Below are positions 36,901 through 48,854 of a stretch of 64,000 nt of DNA, in pieces. Below the pieces are notes generated by a model. The model did no database searches, was not told where the DNA came from, and saw nothing but the letters and a program-made list of their open reading frames with translations. The stretch lies in the NCBI RefSeq assembly GCF_963921235.1, contig NC_086108.1:66466001-66530000 (forward strand), in the 5' to 3' direction. The translations under genes and the position numbers were made by a program. Position 1 is the stretch's first letter. The number at the start of each line of letters is the position of its first letter. Origin of the DNA: Mobula hypostoma. Its lineage: Eukaryota.

Positions 36901-37479
36901 TAAAAGGGCTTCTAAGATGTTACAATAAAAAACAGAAAATGTAGGACAGCAGTAGTCATATACTAAACTTTCAGTCTTGTTGTCAGAACTAGAAAGAGAA
37001 AGTAAACAAGTTATATTTTAGCAACGAAGAAGGTTGGGGATGGATACATCAAACTATGGTAATATTTCTGATAGGGTGAAACAAAATAAGTTAATGAGCC
37101 ATTAGAGTAGAAAAGAAGAAATGTAGCTGGGGAAGCAAGTTTTAATCAAAACTTTATTAAAGACCTGAAGGGAAAGTAAAAAACACTGAGGTCAAGGAAG
37201 AGTTGAAGTTGGTGGTAACTTGTTAACAGAGTGGTCAAAAAGCAAGCTAGAGGGATTAAAGGGAAATAGAGAAAATATTTGCACATGGGGTAGTAGGTCC
37301 CTGGAACTCAGTTGGTGTAAAGGCAGAACCCTTAATCACATTTATACATTTAATAAAATTGTTAATTTTTTTTCTGTTTCGTGGATGTCTGTGAAGAGTA
37401 AGAATTTCGGGCTGCATTCTATATACATCCTCTGATATTAAATTGAACCATTAAATACCTAACCAATATGTATGACAAA

Positions 37480-38330
37480 ATGAACATTCTAATTATGAAA
37501 CTGCAGGGTGAGAATTTCAATTTAATCTAGGCAGAAAGTGCAGTGTCCATTTATATCGGAAAATTGGAAATATGTAAGCAAAACATTGGGAGAAAAATGT
37601 TCTCACAGTTTCCCTGCATGGAAAGTATGGCACTTTTCTCACAGATGGTGATTTGTAAGAGTACTGCTTACACTTGTTGCTACTGAAGAAGGATTTTCAG
37701 AATCAATTCAAGGATTTGAACAATCTGGAAATTCTGGACTGAGTAATTAACCCATTTCTTTGCAAGGTGGAAGAACAGGAAGAGAGCTTGCAAGAAGAAG
37801 TGATCAAAATTCAGAATGATGAAAAAGCAAAAATGCTTTTCAAAAATGTTAGGTACGTGGCTACACTGTCATACAAAGTTTCCTGGTCTTTGTAGAAGAG
37901 CCAACCCCCGTTCTTCATTGCATTTCTATCTTCCTATCTTGAAAGAGGCTTCAGTGCAGTGAACCACATACTCCCAAAAAACAGAAACCACTTGGAATTG
38001 TTATGCATGGGGGCTTAAGGCCTTTGTCTCAACTTTACCAGCTATTTCAACTCCTGCAAAAACCATCAATCTCAAGGATCACATTGATACCAAATTGTTG
38101 TACAGCACACAAGTAGTGTGTAAGCTAGATTTAAAGAGAAATAAAAATTTAAAGTAGCATAACTTTTCTCATTTCAGCATATGGTAGACATGTTTTTATA
38201 TTATGGGGGCACCAGAAAATATATTGTGCATAAGAGGGGAGTTGACAAGTATGAAGGTGCTTTAGGGTATGTTGACAAGTACGAAAGTGCTTGAGGGGGG
38301 TGTTGGACTAAAACAGGGTCGGAAACACTG
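37480..38330 (+). mobile_element. hAT (Charlie/Buster-like) transposon 3' part with right TIR
   Basis: LQGENFNLI...FSQFPCM...FKDLNNLEI..VINPF...LQEEVIKIQNDE...SSYL.ERGFSAVNHIL dimerisation-domain remnant. Ends GGTCGGAAACACTG followed by CTTTAAGA (central TA, as in Charlie target sites). Confidence 0.8.
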
Positions 38331-40327
38331 CTTTAAGACAATGGGGATGCAATTTAATCACTGGGTGCTTCATACCTGTTGTTGTTCTATGAAAACAGCA
38401 AACCAGAGGGAATCTGTTAAAATTCTGGAAACTGATAAGCTTGTAAGGACAATAAATGCTGCAGAGTTCATTTTAAAGCCTAAAATATACTTGTTTGACA
38501 AAACAGGAGGATTATACATTAAAAATTTGAAAGTGATCATATCAACTTCTAGAGTTAATGCAGAACAATGTGGGGAGCTGGTTGTTGGAATCTTTGAAGG
38601 AAGATGAATATTTTTATTTTTAATCTGGATTTTCAATCTGCAGGTAGTGCAATGAATAAAAAGAGTCAAAAAGAGAAACAGCCATCTTAGTAAATCCCAT
38701 CAATTGTGTACCTTTTTATATCTCTCCTCACCAGGCCTACAACTGCAAAATCAACTGGCATTGCCAACCGAGCTGAGCACATAACCCAAGCCTCAACTTC
38801 TCCCAAACACACCCTTCATCACTACTCCTGAAACAACTGATCCTATCCTGCAGGGAGATATCCTGTAAACTTTCAGGTATTTGGACTTGGAATCACTTTA
38901 AATGAAAATGCAACTCAGTTTGTGTATGTGAGATACTTCATTATGTCCCATCCCTGCAGCCCACCAACCTGAGTTGAAAACTCTTAACACATGAATGCTC
39001 AGAATGTCAAAGGCTGCTATAACCATCACTGTTTGCCAATTATATTCTAACCTCTCATGTGCATGTATGTAAAAATTAGAACTGACAGGTAATCTTTAGG
39101 TATGTTACTGTGTCTTGTGAATAAGTGAATACCCAGTTTTATGGCCTTGCCTGTGTCTGCAATAACGTTCTGTGCTCGTCCATTTATGGGATATTGCACT
39201 TCCCTGATTTAAAAGCTTCAACATTAGGGGAAAAAACCTTCAACTTTCTGATTCTTAAACTTTGAAATTCCCTTCCTTACCCTTTTTGCTATTATGTTTT
39301 AATACCTTCTTATGTAGTTTGGGGGCCATTTTGTTCAATAATTCTGCAAAACACTTTGGGATATTTTGAAGTAACCATTTGTTATTGTTGCTGTGATAGA
39401 ATTATTAAAACATATTATAATATGGTGCAGAATAAGGAGAGCAATGAACATTACTCTCCTAATGCACACAATGGACACAGAAAAAAATGAATGTGCATGT
39501 GTGTTTATGTGAGTGCATGTATGTATGTGAACATGCCCACTGTGGATGCTGTTTGCTGTCTACTCATATTCCATGCACAGGAAATGTGTACTGAGAAGAA
39601 GAATTTTTTTATGGTGCCATGTGTTAGTGCAATTGTAAATATTGCTAACAGATTTCCTTAAATCCCTATGTGTGCAAAATCAAACATTCCATTTTAAAGA
39701 GTCACAGAACAATTCAGGACAAAAGGCAACTCAAAGTCATCAACCTATCAAAATACAACACAGTCATTTCCCCTGCCCCATTACCACAGTTTCTCAGATT
39801 TTATCTCCTTGAAGTATTTATCCAATTCCTTGTTGAGGGCTCCCACTGAATCTTAATCCACAACCCAATCAGTAGTGAGCAAATGCAAACTAAATGTATT
39901 GTGTAAAACTATTTTCTTTGGATTGTCTCTACTCTTTTCGTCATTTACTCTAAATTGGAGCAGTTTTTCCTTTAATTGGGTTCTTTAGAATTTTAAATAT
40001 CTGTCAAAGCTTCTATGATACCAGAATAATTCAAAATGCTCCAAACAATTGACATTAGCATAAACCATCATCTCTCAACTATACTTATAAATCATGTTTG
40101 GTTCACCAAAGTATTAAATCCCCTTCCTAAAGGGAACATATTACTCCATTAAGATCTGATTTTAGTGTTTGACATATTTTCTTAGTTTTTCTTCCATCTG
40201 TCTTTATTCATAAAGCCCAGATATCATCTTGCTATATTCGCGATCTTGTTAAGTGATCCTACTGCAATTAAAGATTTGTACATCAACTCCCATGGGTCTA
40301 TCTTAACTGGTCATATGAAGCTGATAA

Positions 40328-41045
40328 TTTAAAGTTCAAATGTCGAAGTAAATTTATTTATCAAAGTACATATAAGTCACCATATACTACCCTGAGATTC
40401 ATTTTCTTGTGGGCATACACAGTAAATCTAAGTAACACAGTACTGTACAATCAAAGGCCGCACCCAACAGAATGAACAGCAACCAATGTGCACAAGGCAA
40501 CAAATGTGCAAATACAAAAGAAAAAAATACTATTAATAATAAGTAAATAAATAAATAAGCCATAAATGTTGAGAACATGAGATGACAAGTCCTTGAAAGT
40601 GAGTCCATAGGTTGTGAGAACAGTTCAGTGATGGAGGCGAGTGAAGTTGAGTGAAGATATCCCCTCGGGTTCAAGAGGCTGATGGTTGAGGAGTAATAAC
40701 TGTTCCTGAACCTGGTGGTGTGGTTTCTGAGGCTCCTGTATTTTCTTCTTGATGACAGCAGCGAGAAAAGAGCATGGCCTGGGTGATGAGGGCCCTAGAT
40801 AATGGTTGCTACTTCCCTGCAACAGAACTCCAAGTAGATGTGACCGTTGGTGGGGAGGCTCTACCCATGATGGACTGGGTCATTTCCAGTACTTTTTGTA
40901 GGATTTTCCATTAAAGGGCATTGGTATTTCCATAATAGGCCGTGATGCAACCTGTCAATATACTCTCCATCACAGATCTGTAGAAGCTTGTCAAAGTTTT
41001 AGACGTTATGTTGAATCTTCACAAACTTGTAAGGAAATAGAGTTA
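40328..41045 (-). mobile_element. Rex1/Babar 3' fragment
   Basis: Reverse complement homologous to 20500-21129, with TTGAAC-type tail. Confidence 0.8.
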
Positions 41046-41539
41046 GTATCATCTCTTCTCATTCTCCCTACTAAAATATATCTCTCATCCTCTGCAGCAC
41101 AGAATTTCAGCTGTCAGATTAAATTCGAGAAGGCTCTTAAGAATTCACTGGAAATGGACACAATAGATTTTTGAAAGGTGGCAACTTTTCTAAACTTTCG
41201 GTGCCAGAATTTCAGCCCTTCACTTCCAATAGGAAAATTCCAATGAGTCATGATTGTGTTTATCATTCCCAAAGAGAGTGCTGGGCCTCCAATTTTCAGA
41301 GAAAAATCCTCATTCTCTTCTTCCAAGCAATCCATTTCACATCACTAATCCAGCACAAATCACCATCACCCCTGTTACACCAACTCTTCATCCACCTCAC
41401 CCATTCCAATTCAAGCTTATCACCACTGTCCCCCAATACCTAGCCTCGACCCGTTCCAGCACAAGCACTCCAGCTTGGCACACCCTGCCTAGCCTGATTC
41501 CAACAACCATAACACCCATACTTCTTGCTCCTGCTTCAT

Positions 41540-42030
41540 CCAAGTTACCCATAGAGTATTTTACAGCACAGAAACATGCCATTTGCCCCATCTAGTTCAT
41601 ACCAACCTGAACTTCTGCTAGTTTCAAGTACTGCCCCAGGACAATATCCATCCAAACCCTTCTCATCCATGGACCTATCCAAACATCTTAACCTGTTACA
41701 ATTGAACCAACATCTACCACTTTTTGCTGGCATCTGGTTCCACACTTGCATCATCCTCTGAGTGAAGAAGTTTCCCCTCAGGTTTCCCTTAAATATTTTA
41801 CTTTTCACCCTAAAGCAATGACTTCTAGTTCTAGTCTCACTCAACCTGAGGGGGAAAAGCCTGTATCCAGTACATTCGCCATATCTATATCCTTCATCAT
41901 TTTCCATATCTCTATTAGATTTCTCCTCATTCTCTCAGCTCTAAGGAATAAAGTGCTAATCTGTTCAACCTTTTCCTATAACTCACGTCCACAAGTCCTA
42001 CCAACATCCCTGTAAATTTTCTCCTTACTA
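41540..42030 (-). mobile_element. CR1 3' fragment
   Basis: ORF 41545..41907 RLFPLRLSETRTRSH...FKGNLRGNFFTQRMMQVWN. Confidence 0.85.
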
Positions 42031-42697
42031 ATCAAAATGCTTCTGTATGTTATCGTTTGGATCAAAGCAATGGTGGTAGAGGTCGGGGTAATTGATATTT
42101 TAGATATTTATATGGTAAATGCAGGATTCAGGTTCTGCTGGCCGTCTGTAATTTCCAGTGGGATCTGACACTCCGGTGCCGATCGGTCTGACTAAGATCA
42201 ATACAATCGATCATATGATTAGTGTAACCTATTCAATGCTCAGTAGTAGGTACACAGCAAGAATGCCAATCAAGGAGCTGAAGAATTCGGAGTTGGACTG
42301 GGCTCGTTCTCGTGTGGAACCAGCCGACCGACCTTCCCGAGTATCTGGATGACGAACACTCAGAAGCCAAAGGGGTGTAAAAATAACACTCAGTTACTTG
42401 AAACCGGTAGCACTTGTAAATAAAAGCAGCATCTCGACAATAATACTTTGTTATTTGATCTCGAAGGGAGGTGAATACAATGCAGTATTCTTTAGGAACG
42501 AAGTTATCGGGCATGGAGCTATATGAATTCAACCAACAAAACACACAACTATATTAATTGATCTTATCAGATTCGGTCACATTTCTTTTTCAAAGAAATT
42601 GAAGCTACCTAGCCATTGTTTTTGTTTTCTGAAATGATACATTGTGTCCAACTGGGCTGTTGTGCCACATTTTGTAAAGTGTTAATTACACTATTCT

Positions 42698-43081
42698 GAA
42701 GGACCTCGAATGGCACCCAGGGCATGCCCTTTTCTCACTGTTACCATCTGGTAGGAGGTACTGAAGCCTGAAGGCACACACTCAACGATTCAGGAACAGC
42801 TTCTTCCCCTCTGCCATCCGATTCCTAAATGGACATTAAGCCCTTGGACACTACCTCACTTTTTTTTAATATGTATTATTTTTGTTTTTTGCACGATATT
42901 AATCTATTCACTGTACGCATACTGTATAAAGTATACTGAATAAGATTTGTTTATTATTAGTACTATTTATTTTTTTCTTCTATATTATGTATTGTACTGA
43001 ACTGCTGCTATTAAATTAACAAATTCCACGTCACATGCCCCTGATAATAAGTCGGATTCTGATTATCATTCTGATTCTGAT
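42698..43081 (+). mobile_element. Rex1/Babar 3' end, same subfamily as 31420-31811
   Basis: Near-identical GCACCCAGGGCATGCCCTTTTCTCACTGTTACCATC...; (ATTCTG)n tail. Confidence 0.9.
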
Positions 43082-43685
43082 GTCATTATAATTTCAAAGC
43101 TGTCAGTCACTGGCTTTTAATATTGAGATATAATTTTGAAATCTGTGCCGCATCTTTACATGGGGTGAGTTCGGACATTTCCTAGATTAAACTCCTGTTC
43201 GCTCTGTCCTAGTTTACAGTCAAGTTTACAACACGGCATCTTGGAGGCTGGTGATCAAGTCAAAGTGCATCGATGGCTGGAAATGTCTTATAAAGGCAAA
43301 GTTATAGAAGTTGGTTAGTTTTGCTGTAAGTACGGGCGCTAGCAGTCAAACGGGCACCAATGTCTCAGCGGAGAAAAGGGAACTGCCCTTCTCTACTGTA
43401 GTGTTCTGCAAAGTAAACCAAAACTACCAGCCGATATTAAAAGTGGAAAGCAATCCAAAGTAAGTTTGCATTTAGTTACTGACCATCGGCGAATGCTTGT
43501 TTTCGGTCACATTTCTTGTATTATACCTTCAATATAGATTACACTGTGTAGCAATAAGTTGGATCAATGTTTAACGTGAATAACGCACACCCGTTTTTCC
43601 CCCGGGCATTGGCCAGGGGAAAATGCAATTAGGTGCATCAACATTAGAAGCATTAGCTATATTAGACTATGGGTCATGCTCGACC

Positions 43686-43686
<1 letters not shown>

Positions 43687-43716
<30 letters not shown>

Positions 43717-43758
43717 AGTCGAGTTAATTTTTACATATATACATACATATATATATTA
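43687..43758. repeat. (TA)n/(TG)n microsatellite
   Basis: Direct reading of the sequence. Confidence 0.85.
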
Positions 43759-44510
43759 AGTTACAACCTTGGGGAGATCGTGGCATGTTATTTTGATTAT
43801 GTTTTCATCAACCGAAAAGGGAGTGACGCGGGTTCAACAAGGTAGATTGAGAATAGGTTTCAAAGTATAGCTAGTAACTGATTTATGTCAGCGCATCCGA
43901 CACATTCTCTTAAAAATCTCAGATGCGCAGGACTTTTGCCAGTCAATGCCTCGTGATAATGATTCGATGCTGTGCACTTGCAAAACAGAAAGCAGATCTT
44001 CCTTTCCGTGAGTTCATTTTAACCTGCTTCGTGCTATTGTAAAATTCCTAAGGACTCCGAGATTTAAAACAGCTCCTGCAGAAAAAAAGACAACAAAGTC
44101 GTTGTCACCACTATTTGAAATCGCTGCTAATGTGAGTCCTGTGATGCTCAAATCTTTGAAAGAGTACGCGATACTGGGCGGAGAAATAACGTTCGTGTTC
44201 GCTTATCTTGCTTGCAAAAACAACTTGGCTGAGCGAGATAAGCACTTCGCAGCTTTCCTTGTCACTCATCTTTTGAGGCTCTTTCGTCTTCACAGCATGC
44301 AGGGCAGCAATTGAATACCTCGTAAAATACATCTGAAACAAATTAGGTCGCTAGAATACTCACCGAGAGCTGGCTGATAAATAGGAGTCTATATTTGTAG
44401 CAAAACTGTTTGCCGGCGTGCACGGACGCATCGCTGCATGCTATCGAACAAACCTGATAGTAAGTGATATTCCTAGTTTACACATTAGATAAGGGACTCT
44501 TCTGTTTTGG

Positions 44511-44555
44511 CAGCGCCTATATAAATAGACGTCTGTTCATCTGTATTTCAGCACA
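44511..44555 (+). promoter_or_regulatory. Candidate Pol II core promoter (BREu-like, TATA, Inr-like)
   Basis: CAGCGCC immediately before TATATAAA (44518-44525), TTCA about 30 nt downstream, in CpG-rich unique DNA. Motif evidence only. Confidence 0.25.
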
Positions 44556-45989
44556 ATCTGTTTACGAGAAAAAGGGAGCCCCGAGGATATGCATTCAGTC
44601 TACATATAAATCACATTTGTAGTCATTACCTTCATCTGGTTCTTGTTGCTTCCGGTATGGTGTTGTTCCTACCTCAACCTCCCTCACCTTCGTCATTCCA
44701 CCAACCACCACCACCCCCCCCCCACCCCTAAGTACTACGCATTTCAACCCTTTTGCGCATTTCTCGCTTAAAAGAACTCCCGCCAAGCTTTTGGCTCTAT
44801 GGTCATCGGCAACTGATAAATTTGCAGATGAACGCCCTTAACGTGTAACCCCGAAGTGTGGCTGGATTCACATCATGTTTCCGCCTTCTCTGACACTGCT
44901 CTCTGACTAAGTGCAGTAGGGGCTCGACTTCATCTGCGAAGGATTTAATTTAAAATCATTTGCCTTTACAAACAAGAATTGTTTATTGACAGAGGAACTG
45001 CTAGATTTTTACCGGACACCGGGGCCATTGCAGTCAGCTGTTCTTCCCTTTAGCTCACACTGACTCACAGGGCCTCACGCCTAAACTTAAACCCGAGGGC
45101 TCACCCTCCTTTTAGCCTCGCCCAATACACTAGTCTCCCCTGTGCTCACGGCACTACTTTGGCTCTCAGGTACCTATATACTGGAACTCTTTACTTTATG
45201 AAAAATCCTACCTTCAGAGAGCCATCTTAAAGCTCATTTTTAGAACGTTTTTGGTAATTTTTATCATATTCTTTGTTTCTTTTTCTCTCTCTCTGATAAG
45301 TGCTAGTCTCCTGCCTTTAAGAGTATATTGTCTTTGCCTCCCTGTACATAATCAACACTACTACGCAATCGGGTCCTCGATGAGGAAGCCCCCTGGCTTG
45401 CGAGTCCCCTTCTCCCAGTCGCCTACTCTCTGACGTCGTTTTGAGTGGACAGAACATATCAGAGTAAGTTTCCCCTTTCAGTGACCAGACTTGTGATGGA
45501 CACAAAATAGAAGGAGCACCTTTTTTGCGTCCATGTCTTTTTTTTTAAGGTCAAGCTTTCTGTCCCGTAATTTGAAGCAAGCCTGCCCTTAAAATGATTA
45601 ATGTAGGCATCCAATCCGAACTGTAATATTTTTGTGGCCGACTGTCTGCAGGAGGAATCTGTTGCAGTGGCATTCAGATTTGCAGATTTTGACCTGTAGT
45701 CTGCAAAGTGATAGATCTCCTTACAACAGAAGCAGATTCTTACATTAAAAAAACCTTTACTAAATCAGTTGTCCAACATTCACTTGCATTTCCATTAGTT
45801 TATTATTAATGAAATTATTGAGTAGCAATTCCGTGGGTGTGTTTTATTTTAAATGCAGGTAACATCTGATGTGTTATTTGAGATTATAGGTCTGGATTTA
45901 GTTGAACTTCTTTTGAGATTCCTTACATCCCCTTTTTTATGATGATCCAGGTAACTGAATATGATTGCTTCAACTCAGGTTGCTTTGGA

Positions 45990-47290
45990 TTCATAGAACA
46001 TAGAAAATAGAAATCTGCAGCACAGTAAAGGCCCTTCAGCCCATGATGTTGTACTGACATTTTAACCTACTCTGTCAGTCTAATCCTTCCCTCCCACAGA
46101 GCCCTGCATTTTTCTTTTATCCTTATGTCTATCTAAATGTTTCTCAAATGCACCTAATGTATCTGCCTCTACCACCACTGCTGGTAGGGTGTTTCATGCA
46201 CCCACCACTCTTCCATGTAAAAAAAAATCTTCTGATATCCCCCCTCCCCCCCAGTATACTTTCCTCCAATCATCTTAAAATTGTCCCTTTTCAAATTAGC
46301 CATTTCAACCCTAGGAAATATTTTCTAGCTACTCACTCAATCTGCGCCTTTTATTACTGTGTACATCTCTATCAAGTCATCTCTCATTCTCCTTCACTCC
46401 AAAGAGAAAAGTCCCAGCTCACTCAAACTATTCAAAGATTCAGAAAGATTCAAAACACATTTATTATCTAAGAATGTATACATTAATAAACCTTGAGATT
46501 TGAGATTCTCCTAAAACATGCTCTTTAATCCAGGCAGCATCCTGGTAAATCTACCCTGCACCTCTCCAAAGCTTCCATATCCTCCCTATAAAGAAAGAAC
46601 CAGAATGGAACACAACATTCAAAGTGGACCTAAGCTGGATATTATTGAGCTGCAGATCTTAAACTCAATCCCCTGACTAATGAAAGACAATACACCATAC
46701 GCCTTTTTAACCACCCTCTGTTTGCGCGGCAACTTTGAGTTATCTCTGTTACTCCACATTGCTAAGAACCCTGCGATTAAACCTGTATTCTTCCTTCAGA
46801 TCTGACCTTCCAAAGTGAATCACTTACATAAACACAAGAGATGCTGCAGATGCAGGAAATCCAGAGCAACACATACAAGATGCTGGAGGAGCTCTGCAAG
46901 TCAGATATCATCTAAGGAAATGAATAAGCAGTCAACGTTTTGTCCCAAAACGTCGACTATTTGTTCATTTCCATAGATGCTGCCTGACCTGCTGAGTTCC
47001 TCCAGCATTTTGAAAATGACTCACTTTTCCAGGTTAAATTCCAACCACCACTTCTCAGCCCAGCACTGTATCTTGTCAATGCCCTATTGTAATCTATGAC
47101 AAATTTATACACTATCCACAACCCCAACAAACTTCACATCATCTGCAAATTTACTAATTCACTCATTCGTTTCATCATCCAAGTTACTTATTAAAAATCA
47201 CAATAAGCAGAGGTCCCAGAACAGATCACTGCTGAACACCACTGGTCACTGAACTCTAGGCAGCAAAATCCTCCATCTGCAGACACTGTC
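45990..47290 (-). mobile_element. Degraded CR1 3' portion with small nested insertions
   Basis: CATAGAACATAGAAA tail, antisense FADD at about 47137-47148, palindromic element at about 46828-47013. Confidence 0.8.
46828..47013. mobile_element. Short palindromic Penelope-derived element
   Basis: Leader AAACACAAGAGATGCTGCAGATGCAGGAAATCC, then arms ATGCTGGAGGAGCTC / GAGTTCCTCCAGCAT; centre deleted. Confidence 0.75.
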
Positions 47291-47689
47291 ATTTGGTTTT
47301 TCTTCAATAGTTTTTCAAATCATGCTCTGAAACATTTCACCTCCTGAAGTGATGATGTTACTGATATGATAAAATCCAGTTGCCATAGTGCTATCATCCA
47401 TAAGTCATCCTTACTTAATTCTTTTGATTTTTGCTTCTATATCAAGAAAAAAATATATCTTGATTGAAACCAATGATTTTGACGAAGATTAAGTAGAAGG
47501 AGATAATTCAAGTTAATAGGTTAGTCATATATTCATTCACACTGAACTGAAAATGATTTAACTGCAAGACAGTTTTGACTTAGTACTAGAGGAGTAATTC
47601 TATACTGAATGGAGATAACTGTATTTGTATGTGGCAGAATTCCAATGTTAGAAATAAGTTATCATTGTTCATATTCCCCATGTTTCCTT

Positions 47690-47960
47690 ACATCATAAAA
47701 GGAGACAATTCAGTCCATCAAATCCATGTCAGTAGTCAGAGCCTTCTACACAGCTTGATCCCCCCACATATTTTCCTGTTATCTATTTTTTCTCAAATGC
47801 CTTCAGTTCCCCTGGTATTCTTCTTCAACCCATCTATAAATAGGGAAACTTAATATAGTTAATTAACATAGCTATGGATTTTGGGGTGTGGGCTGAAAGC
47901 AAAGCACCAAAGGATACCCACATGATCACAGAGAGAACATACAAACTCCAGTCTTGATCC
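47690..47960 (-). mobile_element. Degraded V-SINE
   Basis: Reverse complement GGAGTTTGTATGTTCTCTCTGTGATCATGTGGGTATCCTTTGGTGCTTTGCTTTC. Confidence 0.55.
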
Positions 47961-48854
47961 AACACTCAACTGCTCGGTCAAGACCAGGTCAGTCACTTGT
48001 GCAGTAGTGCTTCCCCAGCGCCAATGAACAGGCTCAATGATAAGCTTGTCTCTTGGAAGGAATATTTCAACACTTTCAGATAAAATAGCTACTTGTAGTA
48101 GATAAAATAACATGCTTGAACATCCATGCATTGGTTCCTGCACAATTATCTCTGAATCTTTCTCTTGTTCTGTATCCTTGCCTCTTTGTAAACTTATGTG
48201 CAATTCCATTCCTCTACCTTTTTCCCTTTAATTTCTGTGTGCATCTCTATTTCAAAATTTTCACTCTAATTTTGTTCCGTATGTTACGCAGCTCAAAGTG
48301 TATGTAAGTCTTCTGATAACTAACTTGCTAAGAAGTTTATTTTTGTTTCAAAATTTATTCAATATTTAATATTAAAAATACATAAAGTATCAATTCACTG
48401 GGAGCAGTATCATTGAGTTCAGACTAAAGTTCCTGGTTTCATTGCTCACTGATGCCCTTATGTTACTGTCCTTTCTTCTGAAATAAACAAAAAGAAGAAT
48501 CATATGTAATCTATAATATTATGTAATTGTAGTTGAACTAAAATGATTATCTTTAGTAGTGCTCTATACAGAGACATTCATACAGCTAGTAGTGCTCGCT
48601 TCACAGTTCCAGTAACCCAAATTCAATGCTAACCTCTGGTACAGTTTATGTGGAGTTTGGCTCTTTGCCCAGTGATTTCCGCATACCAAAGACTTGTGGG
48701 TTGGTCAGTTGTTAATTGACCAATGTAAATTTCCCCTGGCGTGTAGGTGAGTGGTAGCATTTGGGGAGAATTGATGGGAATATGGGAAGAATGGAATAGG
48801 ATAAGTATTAAGGTACTTGATGATTTGCATGGAGTTCCTGCACCAAAGAAACTA

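Noticed and set aside
41254..41595. Pro/Thr-rich ORF as a mucin-like exon
   Set aside because: Low-complexity, C/A-rich sequence running into a CR1 tail; no splice or homology support.
42158..42380. Coding-looking CpG-rich stretch
   Set aside because: Short ORFs with no recognisable motif or consistent splice sites.
44700..44730. Functional G-quadruplex on the minus strand
   Set aside because: Poly-C runs occur many times in this window (for example 55795, 57682, 61650, 62849) and homopolymer lengths are error-prone.
45050..45350. L2 LINE 3' remnant
   Set aside because: Only a faint SPVLTALLWL trace; too weak to list as a feature.
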